NCBI GenBank assembly: GCA_965205025.1
Contig: CBDBFU010000002.1
Span: forward strand, 32,001-96,000
Length of the DNA stretch: 64,000 nucleotides
Direction of reading: 5' to 3'
Origin: Candidatus Poribacteria bacterium
Lineage (GTDB): Bacteria; Poribacteria; WGA-4E; WGA-3G
This document shows positions 39,376 to 50,661 of the stretch, in pieces. Each line of letters begins with the position of its first letter. Within the stretch, counting starts at the first letter, position 1. The position numbers were made by a program, and so were the translations under genes. The notes under the pieces were generated by a model. It had not been told where the DNA came from and searched no databases. It worked only from the letters and a program-made list of their open reading frames with translations.

Positions 39376-42300
39376 TTAGTCAACGACAAGTATCTTGCCG
39401 ACGGCGTTGGCGCGATTCCCTGCTCCATTGACTGCTTCTAAACGGAACACGTAAAGGCCACGCGCTACAGGGGTTCCAGATTGATTTTCCAAATTCCATT
39501 TTATATGTGTATCACTCCGTTCGCCGGGGATAATATCTGTGTATGTTTTGGAGTAAACCAAATCTCCACCCCAATCATAGATATACAAAACCAATTCAAT
39601 ATTCTCTTCAGCCGCTGCGTTTAGATCGAAAGAGAAGAAGGCAACATCACTCTTTGAGTGTCGTAATGGATTTGGCCATCCGAAGGTGTTTCCACTGAAA
39701 GAGAAGGAAACCGACATGGTATATTCACCAATGTCATAAACAGCGAAGTTTCCTGCTTTATCTGTAACTCTGAGATCTAAATCATACTCACCAGATCGTG
39801 TAGGTAGAAAGTCTGCTGTCCACCTACTCCACGGTTGTTCTTGTGCGTCACTCTCATCCACTGCCGGAACGGGTTCAATAGGTTGTCCATCCGGACCTGT
39901 CCCAACAATCTCCACCAACCAAACACCCGATGCCGGTATAGGAATCTCCCCATCTCCTTGTTGGGGAGGGACTCTACGGACACCTTGCGGATCGGTCGCA
40001 GTTCCTTGAAAGGGTATAGGTGCATCGGTGAGTTCTGTTTTCCCACCATCGTCTGTGACCACACCGCTCGGCTCTGTGGTTTCATATAGGAACTCCGTAG
40101 TGATGGAGCCTTTAGGAGCAAACCCAAGCAATTCAGAGTCATTACCTATACCTGTAACATTAACCTGATATATGCCTTCTATAGGTAATCCATCAGATTT
40201 GAAAATGATCGTATCCACACCGTTCTGATGTGTAGTGCCTGATACCTCTTGTCCGTTTGGATTTGTAATTATAATTTTCGACTGTGATAGATTAACTCCT
40301 AAGCCTGTATCGGTAACACTTGCTTGTACGACAACACCACCTGTGGTGGATATTGCACTGGGATAATCTTCAGCAGTAATATCCGTTAGTAAAGGCAGAT
40401 CATTAAGGAGAAGTGAGTTAGGATCTATAACAGGCGGACTTGTATCATAGGTGAACACCTTTTCATAAGTTTCTTCACCATTCCCTGCTTGGTCTACTGG
40501 TGTAACTTCAATTCGGTATTTCCCATCTGCGGACCCGTTGTCTGCCAACGGTACAGTAAGTCGGAAAATAAGGTTATTTTGTTCATCAAAAGACACTCGT
40601 CCCTCTATTTCCGTTGCATTTGGTGAAACACGTTCAAAGTTGATCCAATCTTCATCAAGATTCTCCCAATCAATACCGGATTGGTTATCCGTAATCGCAA
40701 CCTTTATTTCAATAAGCGAATTGTTAACTTCTGGTTCAGAGACAACCAAAGTTATGGCTTCGGATTCAATTTCCGGTACCTGTGTATCGTAAGTGAAAGT
40801 CAACTGTTGGACTTCACCACTCCGTCCAGAAGCACTAATCGGGGTGAACTCAATTGTATATATACCATCCTCAGATCCATCTGTCGCAAGTGGGCGAATA
40901 AGTGTATATACCAATCGACCAGATGAACGTTGTTGTTGTCCTGCTACAACCTGTCCATCGGCATTTAGTAAACGAAGTGTGGACAAATGATTGTCATCAG
41001 TTGTCTCAAGTCTAACCTCAACTTGGTCAACTTCTTCATTTGTATATGCTTCCTCTGCGGGGGCAGTGACTGGTAATGTTGAGAGGACTGCGGGTAATCG
41101 CCTTGATAATAGGAAACTATTTTCAAATACTGAATTACTTCCATTCCCTGCTCTGTCGACAGCTTGAACCCGTATCTCATACCGACCATCTGCTACAAGT
41201 TGATTAGTACGGAGTGTCAATTGCGTTCTACCATTACTCGTCAACTCACCAGAAATCGTGTCTCCATTAGGATCGACTAAGGTCACAGTTGTTAATGTCC
41301 AATCTATCCCACTATCACCTCTATCATTCAAATTCACTTGTATCTGTGTGATGTCCTCAGTAAGTTGTGCACCATTGGCTGGGACTGTACTCACAAGTGT
41401 CGGTGCCTGTGTGTCGTAGATTATTGGATGTTCAAGGGCTAATACGTTCCCCGCTTTATCAGAAAAATCGGTTACAACGGTGTATTCTCCATCTCTACTA
41501 CCATCAAGGGGTAAAGACTCATCTAATGTAAGATACAATTGGTTATTAGAATCATGTGTTAATTGTGTAGAAATAAGTGCACCACTCTGATTTCGGAGGC
41601 TAACTTTCTGGTCATCAAGTATTATATCTGCTGGACCAACATCCTGTAATGTAAAACTAAGTTGTGTCAAACTATCACTAATATAAGACACAGGTTGGCT
41701 TAGATTAATAGGAGAGGCAGAAGTAATTTCCGGTTCTTGAGTATCATAAATGAACTCTCGGTACCCAGTATTACCAGAACGTCCCTTTTTATCTACAGGG
41801 GTGACATATACTGCATATCTACCATCAGAACTTCCATCAGTAGAAAGGGTTATCGGTTCCCATACAAGTAAATCTGTTCCATTCGTTGCAGTTGATCCTC
41901 GTACAATGATATTATCAAGGGTTGCTACCAATATATTCGAGCCGGTGGTAACATCAAAAGATAAACCTGTTTCTGCTGGATCAAGTAAGTTGGCAATGAT
42001 TCTCAAGTTATCCGCATTAACATAAGCAATGTCCCCACTTCCCAAAGTTACAGTATCACCAATTACGATAGATTCGATTTCTGGAAGGATAAACTCAAGT
42101 ATAAATGAGTATTGGATTGGATTCTGTGCAGTATTTCCCGCCACATCTTGTGGAATTAAAGTTAGCGTATACTGACCAATCTGCGTTAAACCAACAAAAT
42201 TCAATGTTAGTTGGGAAACACCGTCATTTTCTAAGTTTATTGGAATTGTTGCGTCATCAGGATCAAGTAGGGATACGGTTGTATTAGTAAAGTCAACCAA

Positions 42301-45300
42301 CGTGGCTTCTGCGAACTTTATAATAATTGTACTGATAGACTCCGAAATATCTGTAACTTGATTTTGGACAAGTTCCGTAGGATTGCCTACAGTATTTGCT
42401 GTAACTGACGACACTTGTGGCATTTTAGAATCGTAAATAATTTTATACCGAGAATTCAGTCGATTTCCAGCTTTATCTATCAGCAGTACATTTAATGTAT
42501 ATATACCGTCCATACTTCCATCATTTGCGAATGGTTGGGTAAGCGTCAGATATAACTGCCCCGCAATTTCATCGTATGTCAGGGTGGCAAGAATTGAGTC
42601 TCCTGAAGAATCTTGTAAGGCAGCAACTTGAGAAGCTAAGTCAATACCAGATGGGCCAACATCTTCAATATTAATCACAAATTGACTTAATCCACCTCCA
42701 ATATAAGAAACTGGAGCATGTATTGTTAACGGTGTAGCTGAAGTTATACGAGGTGCTTGACTATCATAGATAAACTGCTGATTCACAACAGTTCCTGTTC
42801 GACCAGATTTATCTACAGGTGTGATAGTAACAGCGTATGTACCATCGGCGCTACCATCTGTTGGGAGTGGTGTCGCTCTCCAAGTCAACTGATCTGATCC
42901 GTTGGATGTGGTAACACCAGACACAAGCATGCCTTCAGAATTCTTCACAACAATTGTTGAACCGTCATCTTCAAGTGATAAGGCAATACCATTGTTATCT
43001 GAGAATGTGGCAATTATTATAGGAATAGATTTACTTACGTAAACAGTCGATCCAGGTTTTCCATCAATTAGAACAGAACTGACCGAGGGAAGTGGAAAAA
43101 CAAGTCTAAACTGGTATTGAGTAGCATTTTTAGCGATATTTCCTGTTATATCTTGTGGTGTAACTGAAAGTGTATACACACCACTTTGCATTAACGGTAC
43201 AAAGCGAACTACCAACTGAGATGCCTCATCTTCTTCTGTTGTTACTGCAATTCCTTCTTCGTTTGGTCCCGTCAAAAGTATATTAGTATTCTCAAAGTCA
43301 ATCTGTGACGCATCGATGAATTCAAGTGTGAGGGCATTGACAGAATCCGAAAATTCAGTAACATCATGCTGAATGAGTTCAACAGATGTCTTTTCAGTAG
43401 TTGCTTTCACAGATGCTATTGCAGAAACTTGAAACTTGAGTTGGAAAGGATATATTACAGACCCTTGTGCAGCATTACCCGCTATATCTTGTGGGGTGAT
43501 AGAAAGTGTATACATTCCACCTTGCGTTAATGACACAAAACGCACATACAAATGAGTAGCATCAGTTTCCATACTCACAGGGATCTCTTGACCATTGTCA
43601 CCTGTTAGTGAGACACCTGTATTTTCAAAGTCAATTCGACTTGAATCTGTAAATACTAAGGTGAAGCTGCTCACTGATTCAAAAATATCGACAGTCTCGT
43701 AGGATATAAGTTCTACTGAACCCACATCTGTATTCGCTGCTACTGAAGAAAGACCGGGAACTTCAAACTTAAGACGAAACGGATACAAGACTGCTCCTTG
43801 AGCAGTATTACCTGATATATCTTGTGGGGTGATAGAAAGTGTATACATGCCACTTTGGGTTAAAGAAACAAAACGCACATTCAAACGATTAGCATCAACT
43901 TCTAAACTGATAGGTATCTCTTGACCGTTGCCACCTGTGAGACTCACACTTGTATTCTCAAAGTCAATCCGATTTGAATCCGTAAATACAAGTGTAAAAC
44001 TGTTGATGGACTCTGAAATATCAACAGCCTCGTAGGATGTAAGCACTACAGAACCCACATCTGTATTCGCTGCTACTGAAGAAAGTCCGGGAACTACGAA
44101 CTTAAGGTGGAAAGGATATAGGACTGCTCCTTGAGCAGTATTACCTAATATATCTTGTGGGGTGATAGAAAGTGTATACATGCCACTTTGCGTTAAAGAA
44201 ACAAAACGCACATACAAATGAGTAGCATCAGTTTCCAAACTCACAGGGATCTCTTGACCATTGTCGCCTGTTAGTGAGACACCTGTATTTTCAAAGTCAA
44301 TTCGACTTGAATCTGTAAATACTAAGGTGAAGCTGCTCACTGATTCAAAAATATCGACAGTCTCGTAGGATATAAGTTCTACTGAACCCACATCTGTATT
44401 CGCTGCTACTGAAGAAAGTCCGGGAACTTCAAACTTAAGACGAAACGGATACAAGACTGCTCCTTGAGCAGTATTACCTGATATATCTTGTGGGGTGATA
44501 GAAAGTGTATACATGCCACTTTGCGTTAAAGAAACAAAACGCACATTCAAACGATTAGCATCAACTTCTAAACTGATAGGTATTTCTTGACCGTTGCCAC
44601 CTGTGAGAGTCACGCTTGTATTCTCAAAGTCAATCCGATTTGAATCCGTAAATACAAGTGTAAAACTGTTGATGGACTCTGAAATATCAACAGCCTCGTA
44701 GGATGTAAGCTCTACCGAACCCACATCTGTATTCGCTGCTACTGAAGAAAGTCCGGGAACTACGAACTTAAGGTGGAAAGGATATAGGACTGCTCCTTGA
44801 GCAGTATTACCTAATATATCTTGTGGGGTGATAGAAAGTGTATACATGCCACTTTGGGTTAAAGAAACAAAACGTACATTCAAATGAGTAGCATCAGTTT
44901 CCAAACTTACAGGGATCTCTTGACCATTGTCGCCTGTTAGTGAGACACCTGTATTTTCAAAGTCAATTCGACTTGAATCTGTAAATACTAAGGTGAAGCT
45001 GCTCACTGATTCAAAAATATCAACAGTCTTGTAGGATATAAGTTCTACTGAACCGTCAGTTGTATTCGCTGCTACTGAAGATAGTCCGGGAACCTCAAAC
45101 TCAAGCTGAAATGGATACTGTGTCGCACCTTGTGACACATTACCTGTTATATCTTGAGGCGTTATAGATAATGTATACAAACCACTCTGGGTTAAGGATA
45201 CAAAACTTGCAGTAATTTGGTCCACCCCATTGTTCTTTAGGGTGAGAGGTATTACTGAATTCTCCGGTCCCATAAGTGTTACAGTAGTATTTGAAAAATC

Positions 45301-48300
45301 AACGCCGGTAGACTCGGTAAATATGAGGGATACTTCATTTATAGTCTCTGATAAATTGGCAACCTCATAAGGTACAAGTTCCATCGGGGTTTCAGTACTC
45401 AGAGAAACTGAAGATATTTGCGGTGCTTGAGAATCGTAAAAAATGTCGTGTTCAGTCTGATATACATTACCCGCTTTGTCAACAAGTGTAATATTTAATG
45501 TATACTTCCCATCAGCACTCCCATCAGTTGGTAATGGATTAGATAGGGTGAAGAAAAGTTGGTTTGTTCCATCATGTGTGATTTCACCTTCAACGGGTTC
45601 GCCGTCCATCTGGTTTAAACCAATAATTTGGGAATCAATATCAAATGATGCTGGACCAATATCTTCAATAGCAAACTGCAACTGTGTCAAACTACCACCG
45701 ATATTTGAGATAGGTTGATGGAGGGTTGCAGGTGAAGAAGAGGTGATCCGAGGTGCTTGTGTATCATAAATAAACTCTTGATTGACAACTTTACCTGTAC
45801 GTCCGGCATTATCTATCGGTGTAATAGAAACAGTATATCTTCCATCTGCACTTCCATCGGATGGTAGTGCTGTGGTACTCCAGTTAAGTTGATCCGAACC
45901 ATTAGATTCTGTTATTCCTTGAATGATAAGTCCATTTGCATTTGTAACAACAATATTTGACTCGTCATCACCAAACGCTAATCCTACACCAGTTGGCTCA
46001 ATGAAAGTAGCAATTATGGAAAAATCAGTATCATTGACATATATAGTTGAGCTTGATTTTCCATCAATCAGAACTGAACTGACTGTTGGCAAGGCAATAT
46101 CAAGTCGGAACTGGTAGGGAATTGCTGTTTGGGCAGTATTTCCTGATCTATCCTGTGGTGTGACAGTTAGCATATAGAGACCGCTTTGCGTCAGTGAAAC
46201 AAACCGTACCACCAACTCAGTATCCACATTCTTTTCCTTGGTGATAGGAATCTCTTCTCCATTTATATCTGTCAACATTACCTGTGTATTCTCAAAGTCT
46301 ATCCTTGAGGCATCAGTAAAACTGAGTACTAAACTATTGATGGATTCAGTTATTTGAATAATCTCATGTTGTACAAGTTCTATTGAAGTATCCGCTGTGT
46401 TGGCGATTACAGATGATATGCCGGGAACATCAAACTCAAGTTGAAATGGATACTGTGTCGCACCTTGTGCCACATTACCTGCTATATCTTGGGGGGTTAC
46501 TGATAAAGTATATAAGCCTCCTTGTGTCAAGGATACAAAACTTACAGTCAATTGGTCCACCCCATTATTTTCTAAGCTAAGTGGAATGGACGAACCACCA
46601 GGTCCTATTAAGTCGATAACAGTATTCGCAAAATCAACGCGTGTCATCTCAACAAAATTAAGTGTAAGTTGGCTGATAGACTCAGAGAGATTGATGACCT
46701 GATAAGGTGTCAGTTCTAAAGGTGTATCTGTGCTCAAAGAGACCGATGACAGACTGGGGGCTTGCGAATCATAAAAAATGTCGTGTTCAACCTGATAGGA
46801 ATTTCCTGCCTGATCTACGAGGTTAACTGTCAGCGTATATTCTCCATCAGCACTCCCATTAGTCGGTAACGGTGCGGAAAGTGTATAGAAGATCTGATTA
46901 ATACCATCGTGTGTTATATGTCCTGAAACTGCTTCTCCATCTTTCTTTTGCAAACCAATTGTCTGAGCATCAAGATCAAGGAGGGCAGGACCAATATCTT
47001 CAACTGTAAACTGGAATTGTGACAAACTCCCACCAATATAGGAAATAGGTTGATGTAATGTCACAGGCGAAGATGCAGAAATACGAGGTAATTGTGTATC
47101 AAATATGAATGAACGAAATACAACATTCCCAGTTCTACCCGCTTTATCTACTGGCGTGATAGCAACAATATACTGTCCATCAGCACTGCCATCCGTCGGT
47201 AACGCTATGGGTCGCCAGATCAACTGATTAACACCTTTTGACGTTGTGATTCCTGGGACAGGCAGTCCTGATTCAGTGGTCACAACAATGCGGGATTCAC
47301 CTTCTCCTAATGCCAAACCTGTTCCAGTTGAATCAGTTAAAGTTGCTATAATCTCATCATCACTGCCATTAACATAGACAACCGCACCAATCTGACCACC
47401 AATCAATACTGACGTAACGACAGGCACATCTATATCTAACTGGAATCTATACACAAACGGTGTAGTAGAAACATTACCTATTCTGTCTATGGGTATAACC
47501 GAAAGGGTATATGTTCCAAGTTGGGCAAGGTTTTGAAATTCAAGTGTTAAATGGGTATTACCATCATCACTCCGATGTGATGCAATTTCTGTCGCACCAG
47601 GACCTGTTAACGTGACAACGGTGTTTTCAAAGTCAATATCTTGACTATCAAATCCAACAGTAATTTGTGAAAAAGCCTCAGATATGTCAGTTGTAGTATT
47701 AATTGAAAGGTTCAGTGGGGGATCTGTCCCAACCGAAACAGTGTTTATTCCAGGAAATTGGGTATCTAATACGAGAGAAAACTGTTGGGTATAAGATTGT
47801 CCTGAGAAATCAACAAAAACGACACTAACAGTATATTCGCCATCTGCAGTACCGTTTCGTGGAATTACAGCTTCTGTGCTCCAGGTTAACTGGTTATTTG
47901 CTTCATCCGCCTCAACCTTAGATTGTGGTACAGCGATTCCTTGTACGTCACTTACTGTTATGGTTGAATCATCAAAATTAATCCCTGAACCTATATAATT
48001 CTCAATTTCTACAGTGATGTCTCCCAAACTACTAACAGTACCGGTTTCAGGTGTTGTTAGTCTAATTTTAGGTTGTGTCTGGCTGACAAGGTAGAATTGC
48101 CGACGTACAACTGCCCCGGAATTCCCCGCAAGGTCTGTGGGGGTAATTTCGATTGTATAAGTGCCATCATCGGAACCATCTAAAGCAATCGGTTGTAATG
48201 GAGTGAGAGTAGCGGTATCTGTCCCATTGGTTTGAATATTTACAGGCACTTCCACCTGATTTTCCCCATCAGAACGTTTCAATTGGAAATTGCTCTGAGT

Positions 48301-50358
48301 AAAGTCTATTCCGCTGGTCACTTCATTAAGCTTGATAACAACTTCAGATAGATTCGAGACTGTTTGATTTGCTGCAGGAACTGTTGAACTTAGTGTTGGA
48401 AGTTGTGTGTCAAACACGAACCTATGGGGATAAGTTTCAGTATTTCCAAGTTTGTCTGTAGCTGTGACGTTAATAACATATTCACCATCTTGGCTGCCGT
48501 CGGTTTTTATAAGGGGTGTATTCAATATATAGGTAAGAACGTCATTGTTGATGTCTGGAAATGCACGACCCTCCCTTATGTCAAGGTCTCCATCTTCTTT
48601 GGGAATACCGAAAACAATTCGAGAGTTTTCAGCACCTGTAAAGACGACCCCAGTACCAAACTCTCCATCAGAGAAAGTCGCAACAAATTGGTTAATAGGG
48701 GAATTGTAATAAACTGTATCACCTAAGAAATTAAAGGGGTCTCCATCTCTGGACGGTTTAAGTGAAACAAGCTTCGGTGCAAGATTATCGAATAGAAAGG
48801 AAATCTGAATAGTCGAGGTATCATTCTCTGCTTTATCCTTCCCAATAATTTCTATAGTATATTGTCCATCCTGAAGTCCATCTTCTGCTAATAGAGGAGA
48901 CAGCAGGTTCCAACGTATTTTCCCATCAGCATGTTGGGATTGCTGTCCGACTATACGGCTTCCGTCAGGCCCAATCAGTCGTATAGATGACCCCGCAAGA
49001 TTCAGTTGGATGTTGTCTTCCAATTCGACTTCAACATAATTCGTCCTTCCGTTTACTCCGGTACCTGAAGATAATTCCCCTCTGTTGGTAGCAACGGTTT
49101 TTATGATAGGTGGAACGTTATCAAATGTAAATTTCACACTGTCTGAGGAAAGATTTCCGACTCTATCTGCGATAATGACAGTAACCTCATATTCTCCATT
49201 TTCTTGTAGGTCATCAAGCGGATTCTCAAGGGCAAAGGTAGGTTGATTACCATAAGTTAACGCACCCTTTATATCCTTACCTCCAACAGGTCTAATAGAT
49301 ATTTCTGTATCAGCACCACTCGGATCAAGAGGTGTCCCTTCTCCAGCATCTGCACTAAAACTAATTCTCTGTATAGAGGCATTGGTAAACATACCGTTTA
49401 CGAGTGATAATGAATCATTTAATGTAATACCTGTAATACGGGGCTTTTCGGTGTCAATTGTGATTTCTTCTGTTTTACTACTTATTACTTCATTTCCACC
49501 CTTATCTATTACACGGAGTCTTAATGTATATTTTCCATCATCAAAGGTTCTGCTTCCATAATCGTCCCCTTTCCATTGGTATGTATGACTACCACTGGAA
49601 ATATTTAGAGGAATAGGTCTGCCCGTTGAGGCATCCCCAGGAGATCTTTGGAATAGTAGCCACGATTTAGATACATCCTCGTCAATACTATAGTAAACAG
49701 GAAGAGAATATAAATCTGGTGAAAACTCATTAAAATTAAAACCAATATCAATTGTAATCTCCGGAGCTTTGGTATCTATAGTAACATCTGCTGTCAGTTC
49801 TAAAACCAATTCGACTGGTTGAACAACAGTTTCGACTTGTTCATCATCAGTTTCGACTAGTATAGGAGCAGTTTGCGGTGGTGGAGGATCAGGTGTAAGT
49901 TTGACCCGTATTGTATAGTCTCCATCCGGTAATTGCTCACGTATTGTACTACTTTCTCCATCAGATCCACGAACCTCCCCTTTTACTACCTTACCATCCC
50001 ATTGTAGACTTACAGTTTGGTTCTTTGATATATCACCCTTAGAAATATAACCAACATGATTATCCACAAGAACTTCATACGTATATTTTTGATTTTCACC
50101 GCCAAAATCACTGGTAGAAAAGGTGATCGTTAACTTTTCATTTGCTCCATTAAATACGGAATCCCCGTTGGCATCTACTGATAAATTTGTAAGTCCTGCC
50201 CAAGCCATTGGCTGCAAAACCAATAGAGTGAAAAATACATTAAAAATGATTATAGGTAACCACCTAAAACCAAACGGAAATATGAGCTTCTTTTTATTTT
50301 TGTCCAGAACCGATAAACAATTTATGATTTTTGACACGCGTTTCCCCCGATATCGCAA
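39376..50358 (-). CDS. Giant (3660 aa) secreted Ig-like repeat protein with FlgD-Ig/T9SS-type C-terminal domain
   Basis: Many Ig-like modules (DGSADGxY..DxAGN..YDTQAP); C-terminal WPNP..IYDWGGDLV..WNLENQSG..GLYVFRL..KILVV; signal peptide ending AWA. Start uncertain. Confidence 0.9.
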   Translation of the reverse strand: MRYRGKRVSKIINCLSVLDKNKKKLIFPFGFRWLPIIIFNVFFTLLVLQPMAWAGLTNLSVDANGDSVFNGANEKLTITFSTSDFGGENQKYTYEVLVDNHVGYISKGDISKNQTVSLQWDGKVVKGEVRGSDGESSTIREQLPDGDYTIRVKLTPDPPPPQTAPILVETDDEQVETVVQPVELVLELTADVTIDTKAPEITIDIGFNFNEFSPDLYSLPVYYSIDEDVSKSWLLFQRSPGDASTGRPIPLNISSGSHTYQWKGDDYGSRTFDDGKYTLRLRVIDKGGNEVISSKTEEITIDTEKPRITGITLNDSLSLVNGMFTNASIQRISFSADAGEGTPLDPSGADTEISIRPVGGKDIKGALTYGNQPTFALENPLDDLQENGEYEVTVIIADRVGNLSSDSVKFTFDNVPPIIKTVATNRGELSSGTGVNGRTNYVEVELEDNIQLNLAGSSIRLIGPDGSRIVGQQSQHADGKIRWNLLSPLLAEDGLQDGQYTIEIIGKDKAENDTSTIQISFLFDNLAPKLVSLKPSRDGDPFNFLGDTVYYNSPINQFVATFSDGEFGTGVVFTGAENSRIVFGIPKEDGDLDIREGRAFPDINNDVLTYILNTPLIKTDGSQDGEYVINVTATDKLGNTETYPHRFVFDTQLPTLSSTVPAANQTVSNLSEVVIKLNEVTSGIDFTQSNFQLKRSDGENQVEVPVNIQTNGTDTATLTPLQPIALDGSDDGTYTIEITPTDLAGNSGAVVRRQFYLVSQTQPKIRLTTPETGTVSSLGDITVEIENYIGSGINFDDSTITVSDVQGIAVPQSKVEADEANNQLTWSTEAVIPRNGTADGEYTVSVVFVDFSGQSYTQQFSLVLDTQFPGINTVSVGTDPPLNLSINTTTDISEAFSQITVGFDSQDIDFENTVVTLTGPGATEIASHRSDDGNTHLTLEFQNLAQLGTYTLSVIPIDRIGNVSTTPFVYRFQLDIDVPVVTSVLIGGQIGAVVYVNGSDDEIIATLTDSTGTGLALGEGESRIVVTTESGLPVPGITTSKGVNQLIWRPIALPTDGSADGQYIVAITPVDKAGRTGNVVFRSFIFDTQLPRISASSPVTLHQPISYIGGSLSQFQFTVEDIGPALLDLDAQTIGLQKKDGEAVSGHITHDGINQIFYTLSAPLPTNGSADGEYTLTVNLVDQAGNSYQVEHDIFYDSQAPSLSSVSLSTDTPLELTPYQVINLSESISQLTLNFVEMTRVDFANTVIDLIGPGGSSIPLSLENNGVDQLTVSFVSLTQGGLYTLSVTPQDIAGNVAQGATQYPFQLEFDVPGISSVIANTADTSIELVQHEIIQITESINSLVLSFTDASRIDFENTQVMLTDINGEEIPITKEKNVDTELVVRFVSLTQSGLYMLTVTPQDRSGNTAQTAIPYQFRLDIALPTVSSVLIDGKSSSTIYVNDTDFSIIATFIEPTGVGLAFGDDESNIVVTNANGLIIQGITESNGSDQLNWSTTALPSDGSADGRYTVSITPIDNAGRTGKVVNQEFIYDTQAPRITSSSPATLHQPISNIGGSLTQLQFAIEDIGPASFDIDSQIIGLNQMDGEPVEGEITHDGTNQLFFTLSNPLPTDGSADGKYTLNITLVDKAGNVYQTEHDIFYDSQAPQISSVSLSTETPMELVPYEVANLSETINEVSLIFTESTGVDFSNTTVTLMGPENSVIPLTLKNNGVDQITASFVSLTQSGLYTLSITPQDITGNVSQGATQYPFQLEFEVPGLSSVAANTTDGSVELISYKTVDIFESVSSFTLVFTDSSRIDFENTGVSLTGDNGQEIPVSLETDATHLNVRFVSLTQSGMYTLSITPQDILGNTAQGAVLYPFHLKFVVPGLSSVAANTDVGSVELTSYEAVDISESINSFTLVFTDSNRIDFENTSVTLTGGNGQEIPISLEVDANRLNVRFVSLTQSGMYTLSITPQDISGNTAQGAVLYPFRLKFEVPGLSSVAANTDVGSVELISYETVDIFESVSSFTLVFTDSSRIDFENTGVSLTGDNGQEIPVSLETDATHLYVRFVSLTQSGMYTLSITPQDILGNTAQGAVLYPFHLKFVVPGLSSVAANTDVGSVVLTSYEAVDISESINSFTLVFTDSNRIDFENTSVSLTGGNGQEIPISLEVDANRLNVRFVSLTQSGMYTLSITPQDISGNTAQGAVLYPFRLKFEVPGLSSVAANTDVGSVELISYETVDIFESVSSFTLVFTDSSRIDFENTGVSLTGDNGQEIPVSMETDATHLYVRFVSLTQGGMYTLSITPQDIAGNAAQGSVIYPFQLKFQVSAIASVKATTEKTSVELIQHDVTEFSDSVNALTLEFIDASQIDFENTNILLTGPNEEGIAVTTEEDEASQLVVRFVPLMQSGVYTLSVTPQDITGNIAKNATQYQFRLVFPLPSVSSVLIDGKPGSTVYVSKSIPIIIATFSDNNGIALSLEDDGSTIVVKNSEGMLVSGVTTSNGSDQLTWRATPLPTDGSADGTYAVTITPVDKSGRTGTVVNQQFIYDSQAPRITSATPLTIHAPVSYIGGGLSQFVINIEDVGPSGIDLASQVAALQDSSGDSILATLTYDEIAGQLYLTLTQPFANDGSMDGIYTLNVLLIDKAGNRLNSRYKIIYDSKMPQVSSVTANTVGNPTELVQNQVTDISESISTIIIKFAEATLVDFTNTTVSLLDPDDATIPINLENDGVSQLTLNFVGLTQIGQYTLTLIPQDVAGNTAQNPIQYSFILEFILPEIESIVIGDTVTLGSGDIAYVNADNLRIIANLLDPAETGLSFDVTTGSNILVATLDNIIVRGSTATNGTDLLVWEPITLSTDGSSDGRYAVYVTPVDKKGRSGNTGYREFIYDTQEPEITSASPINLSQPVSYISDSLTQLSFTLQDVGPADIILDDQKVSLRNQSGALISTQLTHDSNNQLYLTLDESLPLDGSRDGEYTVVTDFSDKAGNVLALEHPIIYDTQAPTLVSTVPANGAQLTEDITQIQVNLNDRGDSGIDWTLTTVTLVDPNGDTISGELTSNGRTQLTLRTNQLVADGRYEIRVQAVDRAGNGSNSVFENSFLLSRRLPAVLSTLPVTAPAEEAYTNEEVDQVEVRLETTDDNHLSTLRLLNADGQVVAGQQQRSSGRLVYTLIRPLATDGSEDGIYTIEFTPISASGRSGEVQQLTFTYDTQVPEIESEAITLVVSEPEVNNSLIEIKVAITDNQSGIDWENLDEDWINFERVSPNATEIEGRVSFDEQNNLIFRLTVPLADNGSADGKYRIEVTPVDQAGNGEETYEKVFTYDTSPPVIDPNSLLLNDLPLLTDITAEDYPSAISTTGGVVVQASVTDTGLGVNLSQSKIIITNPNGQEVSGTTHQNGVDTIIFKSDGLPIEGIYQVNVTGIGNDSELLGFAPKGSITTEFLYETTEPSGVVTDDGGKTELTDAPIPFQGTATDPQGVRRVPPQQGDGEIPIPASGVWLVEIVGTGPDGQPIEPVPAVDESDAQEQPWSRWTADFLPTRSGEYDLDLRVTDKAGNFAVYDIGEYTMSVSFSFSGNTFGWPNPLRHSKSDVAFFSFDLNAAAEENIELVLYIYDWGGDLVYSKTYTDIIPGERSDTHIKWNLENQSGTPVARGLYVFRLEAVNGAGNRANAVGKILVVD
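43433..45097 (-). repeat. Intragenic tandem array of five 333-bp (111-aa) units in A-B-A-B-A order
   Basis: CTTGTGGGGTGATAGAAAGTGTATACAT recurs at 43488, 43821, 44154, 44487 and 44820; units alternate ETDATHL / EVDANRL. Confidence 0.92.
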
Positions 50359-50608
50359 AGTTTATTCTATACCTAATCTCTTAACTCCGTGGAATTACAC
50401 ATAAGATCTCTTTTGAACAGATGGCAATCAACACAAAATGGATTCACACCAAGTACAGCAAGTACTACGTCTCATAGTGTTGGTGCACCCTTATATCTAT
50501 TTTAAGATGTCAATTTTTAACAGTCAGGGCATGATGTAAAATTGTTGTTAAGACGCAATATTTCAAATTAGGTTGATAAAAACCGATTCATCCTTAAAGC
50601 ATCGTTAT

Positions 50609-50636
50609 AGTTAGGCAGTTTAAACCTGCCTAACTA
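50609..50636 (-). terminator. Hairpin downstream of the oxidoreductase gene
   Basis: AGTTAGGCAG-loop-CTGCCTAACT. Confidence 0.5.
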
Positions 50637-50661
50637 AGAATAAAAATTCTGAGTCCCTAAT

